Shown: positions 38,278 through 47,345, numbered from the stretch's first letter. The stretch: DNA of 64,000 nucleotides from an uncultured Spirochaetota bacterium (GCA_963835575.1 CAWIGG010000002.1:224001-288000); one strand, 5' to 3'. Translations and numbers: made by a program. Notes: generated from the sequence alone by a model not told the origin.

Positions 38278-40116
38278 ATGAAAACAAGTGGAAAAATCCT
38301 GGTAAGATTATCGATTGTTGCCGCGGTTGTTTTGAGCTTTATTGTTTTTACAGCCTGCTCTCTTCAAAATCCCGACAACAACGGCAGTACAACTGTCCAG
38401 AACAGTACAACACAGACAAGGGCTTTTGCCGGGATGACGGAAGCGCTTACATTCTTTCACGCCAATTATTGCGGCTCAGGCCAGACCGTTTCCTGGAGAA
38501 GCAACTGTCATATGGGCGACAATCCCACCGGCGGTTACCATGACGCCGGCGACCACGTGAAGTTCAATCTTCCCGCGGCTTTCATGGCATCGATGCTCTG
38601 CTGGGCCGATTATGAATACGGCGGATTTTCAGCAGACGCGGAAATTTCAAGGGCCCTCAGCTATCTGAGCGCATGCTGGAACGGCAGCACTTATATCTAT
38701 CAGGTGGGCGACGGCGGTACAGACCATGCCTACTGGGGTTCTCCCGAACTTCAGACCGGTGCAAGGCCGTCATACAGCACGACCCAGGCTTCAGCCGCAA
38801 TGGCGCAGGCCGCCGCTGCTTTCGCGCTGGCCTCTATTACCGGCCATACAGGCGGCAATATCAATACTGCAAAATCCCTTTTTACAGCCGCTGACAACGC
38901 AAAGAGTGATGCCGGGTATGCAGCAGCCGCTAATGGTTATTATACATCAGGCGGATTCTATGACGATTTGATGTGGGCCGCTGTATGGCTCTATATTGCC
39001 ACAAGCGATTCGTCTTATCTGACAAAGGCTGAAGGCTATTACAGCAATCTGAATGCCGATATCATCTGGACACATTGCTGGGATGATTCTCGCTACGGCG
39101 CCATCCTGAAGCTCGCCCAGCTGACCGGCAAATCGGTCTATATCAACCGGGTCGAAACCAACCTTGACTGGTGGCAGAAAGGCACCAGCGGCGGTATTAC
39201 CTATACGCCCGGCGGACTGCCCTATCTGAACAACTGGGGATGCCTGCGCTATGCTTCTGCCGAAGCTTTCCTGGCCAAGATATGGGCCGATTATACATCA
39301 TTGGGCACTGCCAGCAAGAAAGCCGGCTATAAGACTTTTGCCAACAATGTGCTCAATTATATTGAAGGATCCAATCCTCAGAGTGAATGCTACATTATCG
39401 GTGTTGGAAGCAAATACCCTCAGTGTCCTCACCACCGTGCGGCAAATCCGGGCAAGACTTGCCCTTCATTGCATGTGCTCACAGGAGCCATGCCCGGCGG
39501 GCCTGATTCAGGTGATAACTTTGTCGATGATCCGAATCAGTACCAGTATACTGAACCTGCTATCGACTACAACGCATGTCTTGTTGCCGCTCTCGCGGCC
39601 GCAAACGGCACGCTGAAATCCCATAATTATTCCTCAGCCAGCAGTTCTTCGACAGCTTCGAGCCAGGCTAGCGTCGCTTCTTCAGCGGCAGTTAGCTCCA
39701 GCCGTTCGAGTGTTGCTTCTTCTGCTGCTGTAAGTTCCAGCCGTTCAAGTGTTGCATCCAGTGCGGCGGCTTCCAGTACAGCTGCCTCATCAGGCGGTTA
39801 CGCTGTGAATTATACTGTTAATAATGACTGGGGTGCGGGCGCAACATGCACAGTGACCATCAAGAACAACAGCGCTACAGCAGTGAATGGATGGACATTA
39901 GTCTGGACATTCGCCGGCAATCAGACGCTGACGCAGATTTGGAACGCGACATATACTGCGAGCGGCGCAACAATTACTGTTAAGAATGCAAGCTTTAACA
40001 ATATCATCGGCGCGAGCGGCGGAACGCAGAGCTTCGGCTTCAATCTGAGCTACAGCGGTTCGAACGCCAAACCGGCTTCGTTCACATTGAACGGAACGGC
40101 ATGCACAACATATTGA
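38278..40116 (+). CDS. GH9 endoglucanase lipoprotein + linker + CBM2
   Basis: GGYHDAGDHVKF, QVGDGGTDHAYWG, DDLMWAA, WGCLRYA, PHHR, TEPAIDYNA. Confidence 0.93.
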   Translation: MKTSGKILVRLSIVAAVVLSFIVFTACSLQNPDNNGSTTVQNSTTQTRAFAGMTEALTFFHANYCGSGQTVSWRSNCHMGDNPTGGYHDAGDHVKFNLPAAFMASMLCWADYEYGGFSADAEISRALSYLSACWNGSTYIYQVGDGGTDHAYWGSPELQTGARPSYSTTQASAAMAQAAAAFALASITGHTGGNINTAKSLFTAADNAKSDAGYAAAANGYYTSGGFYDDLMWAAVWLYIATSDSSYLTKAEGYYSNLNADIIWTHCWDDSRYGAILKLAQLTGKSVYINRVETNLDWWQKGTSGGITYTPGGLPYLNNWGCLRYASAEAFLAKIWADYTSLGTASKKAGYKTFANNVLNYIEGSNPQSECYIIGVGSKYPQCPHHRAANPGKTCPSLHVLTGAMPGGPDSGDNFVDDPNQYQYTEPAIDYNACLVAALAAANGTLKSHNYSSASSSSTASSQASVASSAAVSSSRSSVASSAAVSSSRSSVASSAAASSTAASSGGYAVNYTVNNDWGAGATCTVTIKNNSATAVNGWTLVWTFAGNQTLTQIWNATYTASGATITVKNASFNNIIGASGGTQSFGFNLSYSGSNAKPASFTLNGTACTTY

Positions 40117-40159
40117 TAACAATTTTCTTCCTGCTCTATTAGATGCAGGTCTTATTATG

Positions 40160-40196
40160 AAAAAAGGCCTCCCTATAATGAGGGAGGCCTTTTTTT
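40160..40196 (+). terminator. Rho-independent terminator, the target site of the group IIC intron
   Basis: aaaaaaggcctccct-ataatg-agggaggccttttttt. Confidence 0.88.
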
Positions 40197-40199
40197 ATT

Positions 40200-41077
40200 G
40201 TGCGCCCGGCAGGGCGCACGTTCTTGCGGGTGAAAGTCCCGTATGCACCCGGTAAGGGGAATCCCTCACCAGTTTGTGAACTTCTCCGGGCAGCCGGACA
40301 AACTGGTGAGGGACAGACGGCAAGGGTGTCCGCCGTGAGGCGGAATCTGAAGGAAGCTGCAGGCAAAGCACTGGTCTGACGAACAGAAACCGCATAGAGG
40401 CGGCACTGCTGGGTGAGACGGCAATTATCGTTAAAGCCCGATACTTACACAGAAAGCAATGACGTAGATGCGGCAGACATAAGTGTGAAGGAACGAGCGC
40501 ATTACCCGGGGAGGTCTGACAGCCTGCCACATATTGGCTATTGTCATCGAAAGGTGATAAGAGGGGTTTTCAGAAGTCAGCAGAAGCCATAGTAACCTCT
40601 TGACCGGAGGCGAAGGGCAGAACCAAACTATAGGAGTACCGCTATGAATCCTGACACGGTAACTTACGCAGAAGCGGAAGGAAACTTTCCGGCTTTGACA
40701 AAGGATAGGGACGGAATTCCGAAGAATAGCCAAAGCGCGTGTATCCGTGCAGAGAGTCAAAGAAGGAGTACACCGGATGAAACAAATTTAATAGAGCGTC
40801 TGGTCAAACGCGAGAACATGCTGGAAGCTTATCACAGGGTGGTAAGCAATAAGGGGGCGGCGGGAGTTGACGGAGTCACTGTAAAACAGCTAAAAGGCTT
40901 CATCAACAAACATATGAACATCGCCTTTCCTAAGAAATTATTCGACAGTATGGGACTCGTATCGATGCTGAACAAGATTTGTATTTATCAGAAATTATAT
41001 TTTGGAACCGCCGTATACGGAACCGTACGTACGGTGGTGTGAGAGGTCGGCGGGTGTAAACCCGCCTCCTACTCAAT
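40200..41077 (+). mobile_element. Group IIC intron, internally deleted (non-autonomous)
   Basis: 5' GTGCGCCCGGC directly after a terminator; GGGTGAAAGTCCC; domain V gaaccgccgtatacggaaccgtacgtacggtggtgtgagagg; domain VI ending ctactcaat. Confidence 0.92.
40644..41042 (+). pseudogene. ltrA: Remnant intron-encoded RT/maturase (N-terminal RT0 joined to the C-terminal tail)
   Basis: RENMLEAYHRVVSNKGAAGVDG runs directly into NIAFPKKLFDSMGLVSM; no RT core or YADD. Confidence 0.85.
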
Positions 41078-41180
41078 TACAGGGATTTATTTTTAGATAA
41101 TCATATTAATTTCTTTTATAATAACGAGTTACCATTATTATGTTTAATAATCTTTTGAACTGAACAATTTTTAATATTCC

Positions 41181-41272
41181 TGTCTTACCTTAGGTCGGAT
41201 AAAAACCATACCTAAGGTACGGTTAAAACCATACCTTATGTTCTGACATATTTTTTTAATATTTTTTATACT
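41181..41272 (+). promoter_or_regulatory. Triple direct-repeat operator (23-bp period) and TATACT
   Basis: TACC at 41186, 41209 and 41232; tatact at 41267. Confidence 0.72.
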
Positions 41273-41475
41273 AACGCTGGCGAATTGTCATTTTTTGATT
41301 GGGATAAATCCCTGATTATATCTCGTTTTTAATTATATATAAATTTAATATAAAAAGGAGGAAATGATGGGAAAAACTTAAAAAAATAACAGGTCTGAAT
41401 AAAAAAGTTTAAAGTGTTAGTAAGAGCTTTATGAAAAGGTTATTACCTTTCATGAAGAAAAGTAAGGAGGAAAAG

Positions 41476-43869
41476 ATGAAGTCAAAAGTAAGAATCGGAT
41501 TAAAACTTCTGGCTGTTGTTTCCATTGTTTTGAGCGTTATTATTTTTGCCGCCTGTGCGCTTCAGAATCTTGACAACTCTAACGGCAGTACAACTGTCCA
41601 GAACAGTACAACACAGACAAGGGCTTTTGCCGGGATGACGGAAGCGCTTACATTCTTTCACGCCAATTATTGCGGCTCAGGCCAGACCGTTTCCTGGAGA
41701 AGCAACTGTCATATGGGCGACAATCCCACCGGCGGTTACCATGACGCCGGCGACCACGTGAAGTTCAATCTTCCCGCGGCTTTCATGGCATCGATGCTCT
41801 GCTGGGCCGATTATGAATACGGCGGATTTTCAGCAGACGCGGAAATTTCAAGGGCCCTCAGCTATCTGAGCGCATGCTGGAACGGCAGCACTTATATCTA
41901 TCAGGTGGGCGACGGCGGTACAGACCATGCCTACTGGGGTTCTCCCGAACTTCAGACCGGTGCAAGGCCGTCATACAGCACGACCCAGGCTTCAGCCGCA
42001 ATGGCGCAGGCCGCCGCTGCTTTCGCGCTGGCCTCTATTACCGGCCATACCGGCGGCAATATCAATACTGCAAAATCCCTTTTTACAGCCGCTGACAACG
42101 CAAAGAGTGATGCCGGGTATGCAGCAGCCGCCAATGGTTATTATACATCAGGCGGATTCTATGATGATCTGATGTGGGCCGCAATATGGATTTATCTTGC
42201 CACAAGCGACACCAACTACCTGAACAAAGCAGAATCTTATTATACTAATTTGAACTCCGATATCATCTGGACACATTGCTGGGATGATTCCCGCTACGGC
42301 GCCATCCTGAAGCTTGCCCAGATTACCGGAAAGAAAGTCTATATCAACCGGGTCGAAACCAACCTTGACTGGTGGCAGAAAGGCACCAGCGGCGGTATTA
42401 CCTATACGCCCGGCGGACTGCCCTATCTGAACAACTGGGGATGCCTGCGCTATGCTTCTGCCGAAGCTTTCCTGGCCAAGATATGGGCCGATTATACATC
42501 ATTGGGCACTGCCAGCAAGAAAGCCGGCTATAAGACTTTTGCCAACAATGTGCTCAATTATATTGAAGGATCCAATCCTCAGAGTGAATGCTACATTATC
42601 GGTGTTGGAAGCAAATACCCTCAGTGTCCTCACCACCGTGCGGCAAATCCGGGCAAGACTTGCCCTTCATTGCATGTGCTCACAGGAGCCATGCCCGGCG
42701 GGCCTGATTCAGGTGATAACTTTGTCGATGATCCGAATCAGTACCAGTATACTGAACCTGCTATCGACTACAACGCATGTCTTGTTGCCGCTCTCGCGGC
42801 CGCAAACGGCACGCTGAAATCCCCTGTTTATCCGACACCCACTCCGCCCCCGGTAAGTGCGGTTGGGACTGGAACTGGATTAACAGGCACATATTATGCT
42901 AATATGAATTTAACTGCTCCTGCTGCTTATTCTGAATTAGACACAAACATTAACTTTAACTGGAATGGCTCTGCACCCGCTACCAATATGCCTGCAACAT
43001 CATGGTCGGCTAAGTGGACCGGTTATATTCAGGCCAGAATGTCGACAACATATACTTTCCATCTTCTGTCTGATGACGGATCTACGCTGACTATTAACAA
43101 CGTTTCAGTCATTTCCGACTGGACAGATCATGCCAATGATGCGCAGTATAAAACTTCTGGAACAATTGCTATGACTGCAGGTACGCTTTATCCAATCACC
43201 GTAACTTACTATCAGGACGGTGGTTCGTCGGCTATTACCTTGAGCTGGGAAAATGGATGGCTGGCTGAAGAAGTTGTTCCGACAACCCAGCTGTATCCTT
43301 CAACGAATGGTACTAGCAGCAGTTCCAGTGTTGCTTCTTCAGTTGCAGCAAGCTCCAGCCGGGCAAGCAGTGTAGCTTCTTCTGTTGCAGTATCCAGTGT
43401 TGCTTCTTCAGTTGCGGTGAGCTCCAGCCGGTCGAGTGTAGCTTCTTCTGTTGCAGTATCCAGTGTTGCATCCTCAGTTGCGGTGAGCTCCAGCCGGTCG
43501 AGCGCCGCTTCAAGCGCGGCGGCTTCCAGCACAGCTGCCTCATCAGGCGGTTACGCTGTGAATTATACTGTTAATAATGACTGGGGTGCGGGCGCAACAT
43601 GCACAGTGACGATTAAGAACAACAGCGCGACAGCCCTCAGCAGCTGGTCTCTTGTCTGGACTTTTGCAGGCAACCAGGCTATAACCCAGATATGGAGCGC
43701 CAGTCAGACTACCAGCGGTGAAACAGTGACTGCCGTGAATTTAAGCTACAACGGTACGATCGGCGCTAACGGCGGTACGCAAGCTTTCGGCTTTAATCTG
43801 AGCTACAGCGGCGCGAACGCCAAGCCGGCCGCATTTACTTTGAACGGAACGGCATGCACACTCTATTAG
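41476..43869 (+). CDS. GH9 endoglucanase lipoprotein + PA14 domain + linker + CBM2
   Basis: Catalytic domain nearly identical to that of 38278; GTGLTGTYY, INFNW, SAKWTGYI, SDDGS, YYQDGG is PA14; AGGAGG RBS before 41476. Confidence 0.92.
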   Translation: MKSKVRIGLKLLAVVSIVLSVIIFAACALQNLDNSNGSTTVQNSTTQTRAFAGMTEALTFFHANYCGSGQTVSWRSNCHMGDNPTGGYHDAGDHVKFNLPAAFMASMLCWADYEYGGFSADAEISRALSYLSACWNGSTYIYQVGDGGTDHAYWGSPELQTGARPSYSTTQASAAMAQAAAAFALASITGHTGGNINTAKSLFTAADNAKSDAGYAAAANGYYTSGGFYDDLMWAAIWIYLATSDTNYLNKAESYYTNLNSDIIWTHCWDDSRYGAILKLAQITGKKVYINRVETNLDWWQKGTSGGITYTPGGLPYLNNWGCLRYASAEAFLAKIWADYTSLGTASKKAGYKTFANNVLNYIEGSNPQSECYIIGVGSKYPQCPHHRAANPGKTCPSLHVLTGAMPGGPDSGDNFVDDPNQYQYTEPAIDYNACLVAALAAANGTLKSPVYPTPTPPPVSAVGTGTGLTGTYYANMNLTAPAAYSELDTNINFNWNGSAPATNMPATSWSAKWTGYIQARMSTTYTFHLLSDDGSTLTINNVSVISDWTDHANDAQYKTSGTIAMTAGTLYPITVTYYQDGGSSAITLSWENGWLAEEVVPTTQLYPSTNGTSSSSSVASSVAASSSRASSVASSVAVSSVASSVAVSSSRSSVASSVAVSSVASSVAVSSSRSSAASSAAASSTAASSGGYAVNYTVNNDWGAGATCTVTIKNNSATALSSWSLVWTFAGNQAITQIWSASQTTSGETVTAVNLSYNGTIGANGGTQAFGFNLSYSGANAKPAAFTLNGTACTLY

Positions 43870-43936
43870 TAAGAGCAAGTCATAAAGTTTGTTTGAACTG
43901 AGTGTGACATTCAAGGTTTAATTCTGATCTTTAATA

Positions 43937-43971
43937 GAAACAGGGTTGGACATAGTGTCCAACCCTGTTTC
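43937..43971. terminator. Hairpin between convergent genes
   Basis: gaaacagggttggaca-tag-tgtccaaccctgtttc. Confidence 0.75.
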
Positions 43972-43988
43972 GTTATAATGAATATTTT

Positions 43989-46900
43989 TTAAAACCGGAT
44001 AGCCGTCACCGAATGTTTGGGTAATATCAGCTTCAGGTATTTAGTACCCTGTTCTGTGATGACCTTTGTATACATTTTGTAGTTTTTATCTTCTGTCCTG
44101 TTAATCAGCATGAGATAATGATAATTATTGTCTTTGGAAGCGTAAATGGAGTAATTATCCGTTTGATTATTGGTAATATCGACAAATTTATCGCCGCAAG
44201 CGTATTTATGGAACATCCTGATATAATACTGGGGCCTGACGGCCATGGTATTATAATCGTTTGTATTAACGGCTATTAATGCCGGTCTGAACAAAGTCCA
44301 TTCCAGAGGGTCCGACAGGCCGAAATACTGCATGGAATCAAACCCGAGCTTTTTGCCGTATTCAAAAACCTCTGCGGTAAATATGGCCGTGGCCAGGCAA
44401 TCCTGCATTATTGCGGTTTCCAGCCTCGTGCTCCCGCCGGTGTTCCATTCTCCGATAATAAGCTTGCTGCCCGGAATATATTGATCGGCTTTCTGTTTCA
44501 TCGTATTATAAAAATTGGAGAGAGAAGTGATTTCACAGCCGTAATTATTCCGGATCACAATATGTTCAATGGAAGGATAAGACGGATCAGAAGGACTTTG
44601 CCCCGAATCGAACCACTTATACCAGTGGACTGAAAGAGCTCCCGGATTATTGCCGTTCAACTGGACAAGCATATCGTCCAGGATGTATTGCGGGTCATTG
44701 GCGCCGGTTTCAATTAAAGCGAATGAGACACCCGGCTTGACGGCCCTTATGGCCCGGCAGTAGTTCGTATATCTAATTATATAATTAGAGAGTACCTGTT
44801 CCCCGGTGTCGCCCTGGAAAAAGTACCAGTTGGAATAAATGTTATTTTCAGGTTCGTTCCCGGCGGAAATATATTTAAGATCATAACCCAGTTCGTTCAC
44901 GATCTGGTCGATCATATTGCTTTCCATGTCAACATTATCATTATAAAGATTGACTTCCGGTTCGGCCTGAATATTCAATTCGCGGCATAAGGCGATATAA
45001 TTGGATACATCTCCCCCCGTCATTTTATACTGGTACGGATCGTACATCCCGAATGAATCATTGTCCGAGGATGGATCGTTCCTGTCGTAGCGGACCCTTT
45101 CCTGGCCGCCGGGGAAGCGGGCAATATCCACTTTGATGTTCCTGATCAGTTCCTTATACTTCGGCAGGGCGAAAAACCTGTGGCTGTCGATCTGTATATT
45201 GACGCCGTAATAAATATCGGAAACCTGTTTCGCCGGGGCGGTATAGTCGATGACATAGTCGGGGGACGGCGAGTAAGTCTCGGATACCACCGTCAATGTG
45301 TTTTTGGAATTGAGGATATTCTGGACGGATGCCGATATCGATCCGACGGTTGATGTATCGACGGCGAGGTTGTTCACCGTAACGGATTCATTAGAAAGGG
45401 AATCCCCTGTTAATATATAGACATTATAATTATTCGGGTTCCCGTTATGAACCAGTTGATCATCAGGTATGTCCGGCAGTGTTGAGTCGGAACCGTTGGT
45501 AGTAACAGGCCCGCCCCATAATTTAGCGATCTCGCTGGAATTAAGGGCGCGGTTATAAAACCGGATATCGTCCAGAATGCCCTTCAAATACTGATTGTAG
45601 ATTCTCCCTATATAGTTGTCAGAGCAGTTCCCCAGATCCGCGGGCGAATGATCGAGTATCCAGTGACTGGAAGCGTCCAGCATTCCATTGATATATAAAG
45701 AGTCTATCTTTGCCTGGGAATCCACGACCAGTACAATATGGTACCACTGGTTCGTTTGCATTACGGTCGAACTGATAACGCTTGAGGCGAGGTTATTATT
45801 ATAACTATACCAGTACTGCAGATGAGCGCCTCCGTCATTCCGGATATGCAGACTGATGTCATTGGTGGAATCCTTTCCGAAATAGAGAAGCCTGTCCCAG
45901 TTCCCGGTATTGGAGACATAGTAATACCAGCAGCTATATGTAAAGGATGCCGTATTTCTCAAGTCAGGAATAGTGATATAATCGCTGACGCCGTTAAGAT
46001 AACAGGCGTTTTTCGGATTATTATTTCTATCATTGGTTAAAACGGTCCCGCTTACGGTAACGGGCTGATTAAATCCGCTTGTATCGGCGATATAGCCATT
46101 AAACAATAGTTCCAGCGTCAGGCTTCCGGTCGGCGCGATGGAAGTCATTGCCTCAATAGTCCCAGTCCAGTACTGTACATCTGAGGCAAGCTGTTGACAG
46201 CATTGAAGGACCAGGCCGTCGGAGCCCCAGCCGGCCGCCAGGAGGGCTGCCCAGCCGGCGGCATCCATATTCATATGCGCTATATAGAGCGTCGATCCGT
46301 CGGGCGAGATATCGCAGACAAAGTTGACGCCTCCGCGGTTGATGCTTGAAGGAAGCTGCCGGACGTTCGTCAGGGTGCCGTCATCCAGTATGTCCGCCGA
46401 ACAGACATATGTCCGGATCATCCGCGGGTCAAACATATCGGATATTCCCGAACCGGCCAGATCATTGGCATTCGGCAGAGGGGGAATAAAAGGCGAAGTC
46501 TGCTTCATGACGGTATTATCCCCGTTAAGGTTCATGCAGTTGAAATAAGCCTTTTTACCGTCCTGGGTCACATACATCCTGCCGACCCACCAGAGTCCGC
46601 CCCGTCCGCTGAAGTCATTTTCGCTGTGCCACTGTCCGTTCAGGTAATGAATGGGATGGAAGGGGTTAATTGTACCCCTTAGTTCTGAGGCCGGTCCGAA
46701 AGCGGAGCCCTGGAGCTTTGACTCATATGTTCTGATCTTGATATAATCCCCTTTAACTGTATTATGCACCCAATAGCAGAGCGTGAAATAGAGCGTTTTT
46801 CTTGCGTCATTGTATGTCGGGCATAATATCCAGGGTGTCTGCATACTATTATAAGGAGCCGAATTGATGATATTGCTGACCTGGGAAAAATCCCAGAGAG

Positions 46901-47345
46901 AACTGGATGTAAAGTAAACATTTGTATCATCCTCACTGGAGTATTTATAGAGTTTAAAGATACCCTGGCTGTATCCGAAGAGCATATAATAATCGCTGTT
47001 GTATTCAAAAGCGCAGGAGTAGCCGGGGGGTGTGGAGTTGGTCCCGTCAAAAAGAAGATTTTTAGCCCCATTCTGCAGGTCTCTGGAAGCTTTGCTTTTT
47101 ATTCCGCTCAAAACGGATATGGAAGCGTATTTGTCCATTCCGATGTTGACGCCCGCCGAATAATTTCCATCCACACGCGTCATGACGGTCTTACTCCCGG
47201 TCTTGCCGGTGATAAAGTTCCAGCTGGTGGTTGTGTCGACAATATTACCATTATTGTTCCGGCTGTTATTGCCGGACGGCATCAGTACACAGCCGGTTAG
47301 TAATATAACAGCTAATACCGGAACAAAAAATATCAGCTTCTTCAT
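43989..47345 (-). CDS. Large lipoprotein: unknown N-terminal region + LamG domain + C-terminal GH51/79-like clan GH-A domain
   Basis: LTGC lipobox; NQWYHIV..LYING..GILDDIRFYNRAL (LamG); RFPGG, AGNEPE, VHWY, IIGEWN. Confidence 0.72.
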   Translation of the reverse strand: MKKLIFFVPVLAVILLTGCVLMPSGNNSRNNNGNIVDTTTSWNFITGKTGSKTVMTRVDGNYSAGVNIGMDKYASISVLSGIKSKASRDLQNGAKNLLFDGTNSTPPGYSCAFEYNSDYYMLFGYSQGIFKLYKYSSEDDTNVYFTSSSLWDFSQVSNIINSAPYNSMQTPWILCPTYNDARKTLYFTLCYWVHNTVKGDYIKIRTYESKLQGSAFGPASELRGTINPFHPIHYLNGQWHSENDFSGRGGLWWVGRMYVTQDGKKAYFNCMNLNGDNTVMKQTSPFIPPLPNANDLAGSGISDMFDPRMIRTYVCSADILDDGTLTNVRQLPSSINRGGVNFVCDISPDGSTLYIAHMNMDAAGWAALLAAGWGSDGLVLQCCQQLASDVQYWTGTIEAMTSIAPTGSLTLELLFNGYIADTSGFNQPVTVSGTVLTNDRNNNPKNACYLNGVSDYITIPDLRNTASFTYSCWYYYVSNTGNWDRLLYFGKDSTNDISLHIRNDGGAHLQYWYSYNNNLASSVISSTVMQTNQWYHIVLVVDSQAKIDSLYINGMLDASSHWILDHSPADLGNCSDNYIGRIYNQYLKGILDDIRFYNRALNSSEIAKLWGGPVTTNGSDSTLPDIPDDQLVHNGNPNNYNVYILTGDSLSNESVTVNNLAVDTSTVGSISASVQNILNSKNTLTVVSETYSPSPDYVIDYTAPAKQVSDIYYGVNIQIDSHRFFALPKYKELIRNIKVDIARFPGGQERVRYDRNDPSSDNDSFGMYDPYQYKMTGGDVSNYIALCRELNIQAEPEVNLYNDNVDMESNMIDQIVNELGYDLKYISAGNEPENNIYSNWYFFQGDTGEQVLSNYIIRYTNYCRAIRAVKPGVSFALIETGANDPQYILDDMLVQLNGNNPGALSVHWYKWFDSGQSPSDPSYPSIEHIVIRNNYGCEITSLSNFYNTMKQKADQYIPGSKLIIGEWNTGGSTRLETAIMQDCLATAIFTAEVFEYGKKLGFDSMQYFGLSDPLEWTLFRPALIAVNTNDYNTMAVRPQYYIRMFHKYACGDKFVDITNNQTDNYSIYASKDNNYHYLMLINRTEDKNYKMYTKVITEQGTKYLKLILPKHSVTAIRF

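Noticed and set aside
14135..41272. CRISPR array from the short direct repeats
   Set aside because: Only 2-3 boxes of about 11 bp at a 23-bp period, located in promoters; no cas genes
608..43532. Minus-strand ORFs with LELTA/AALDAARL repeats (608, 2537, 4888, 6749, 11078, 13238, 16539, 43212)
   Set aside because: Antisense shadows of the Ser/Ala linkers; they coincide with linker DNA
38278..43869. Possible diversity-generating retroelement (RT remnant between near-identical repeats)
   Set aside because: The RT is a deleted group II IEP inside intron RNA, and the repeat differences include many C/T synonymous changes rather than adenine-specific ones
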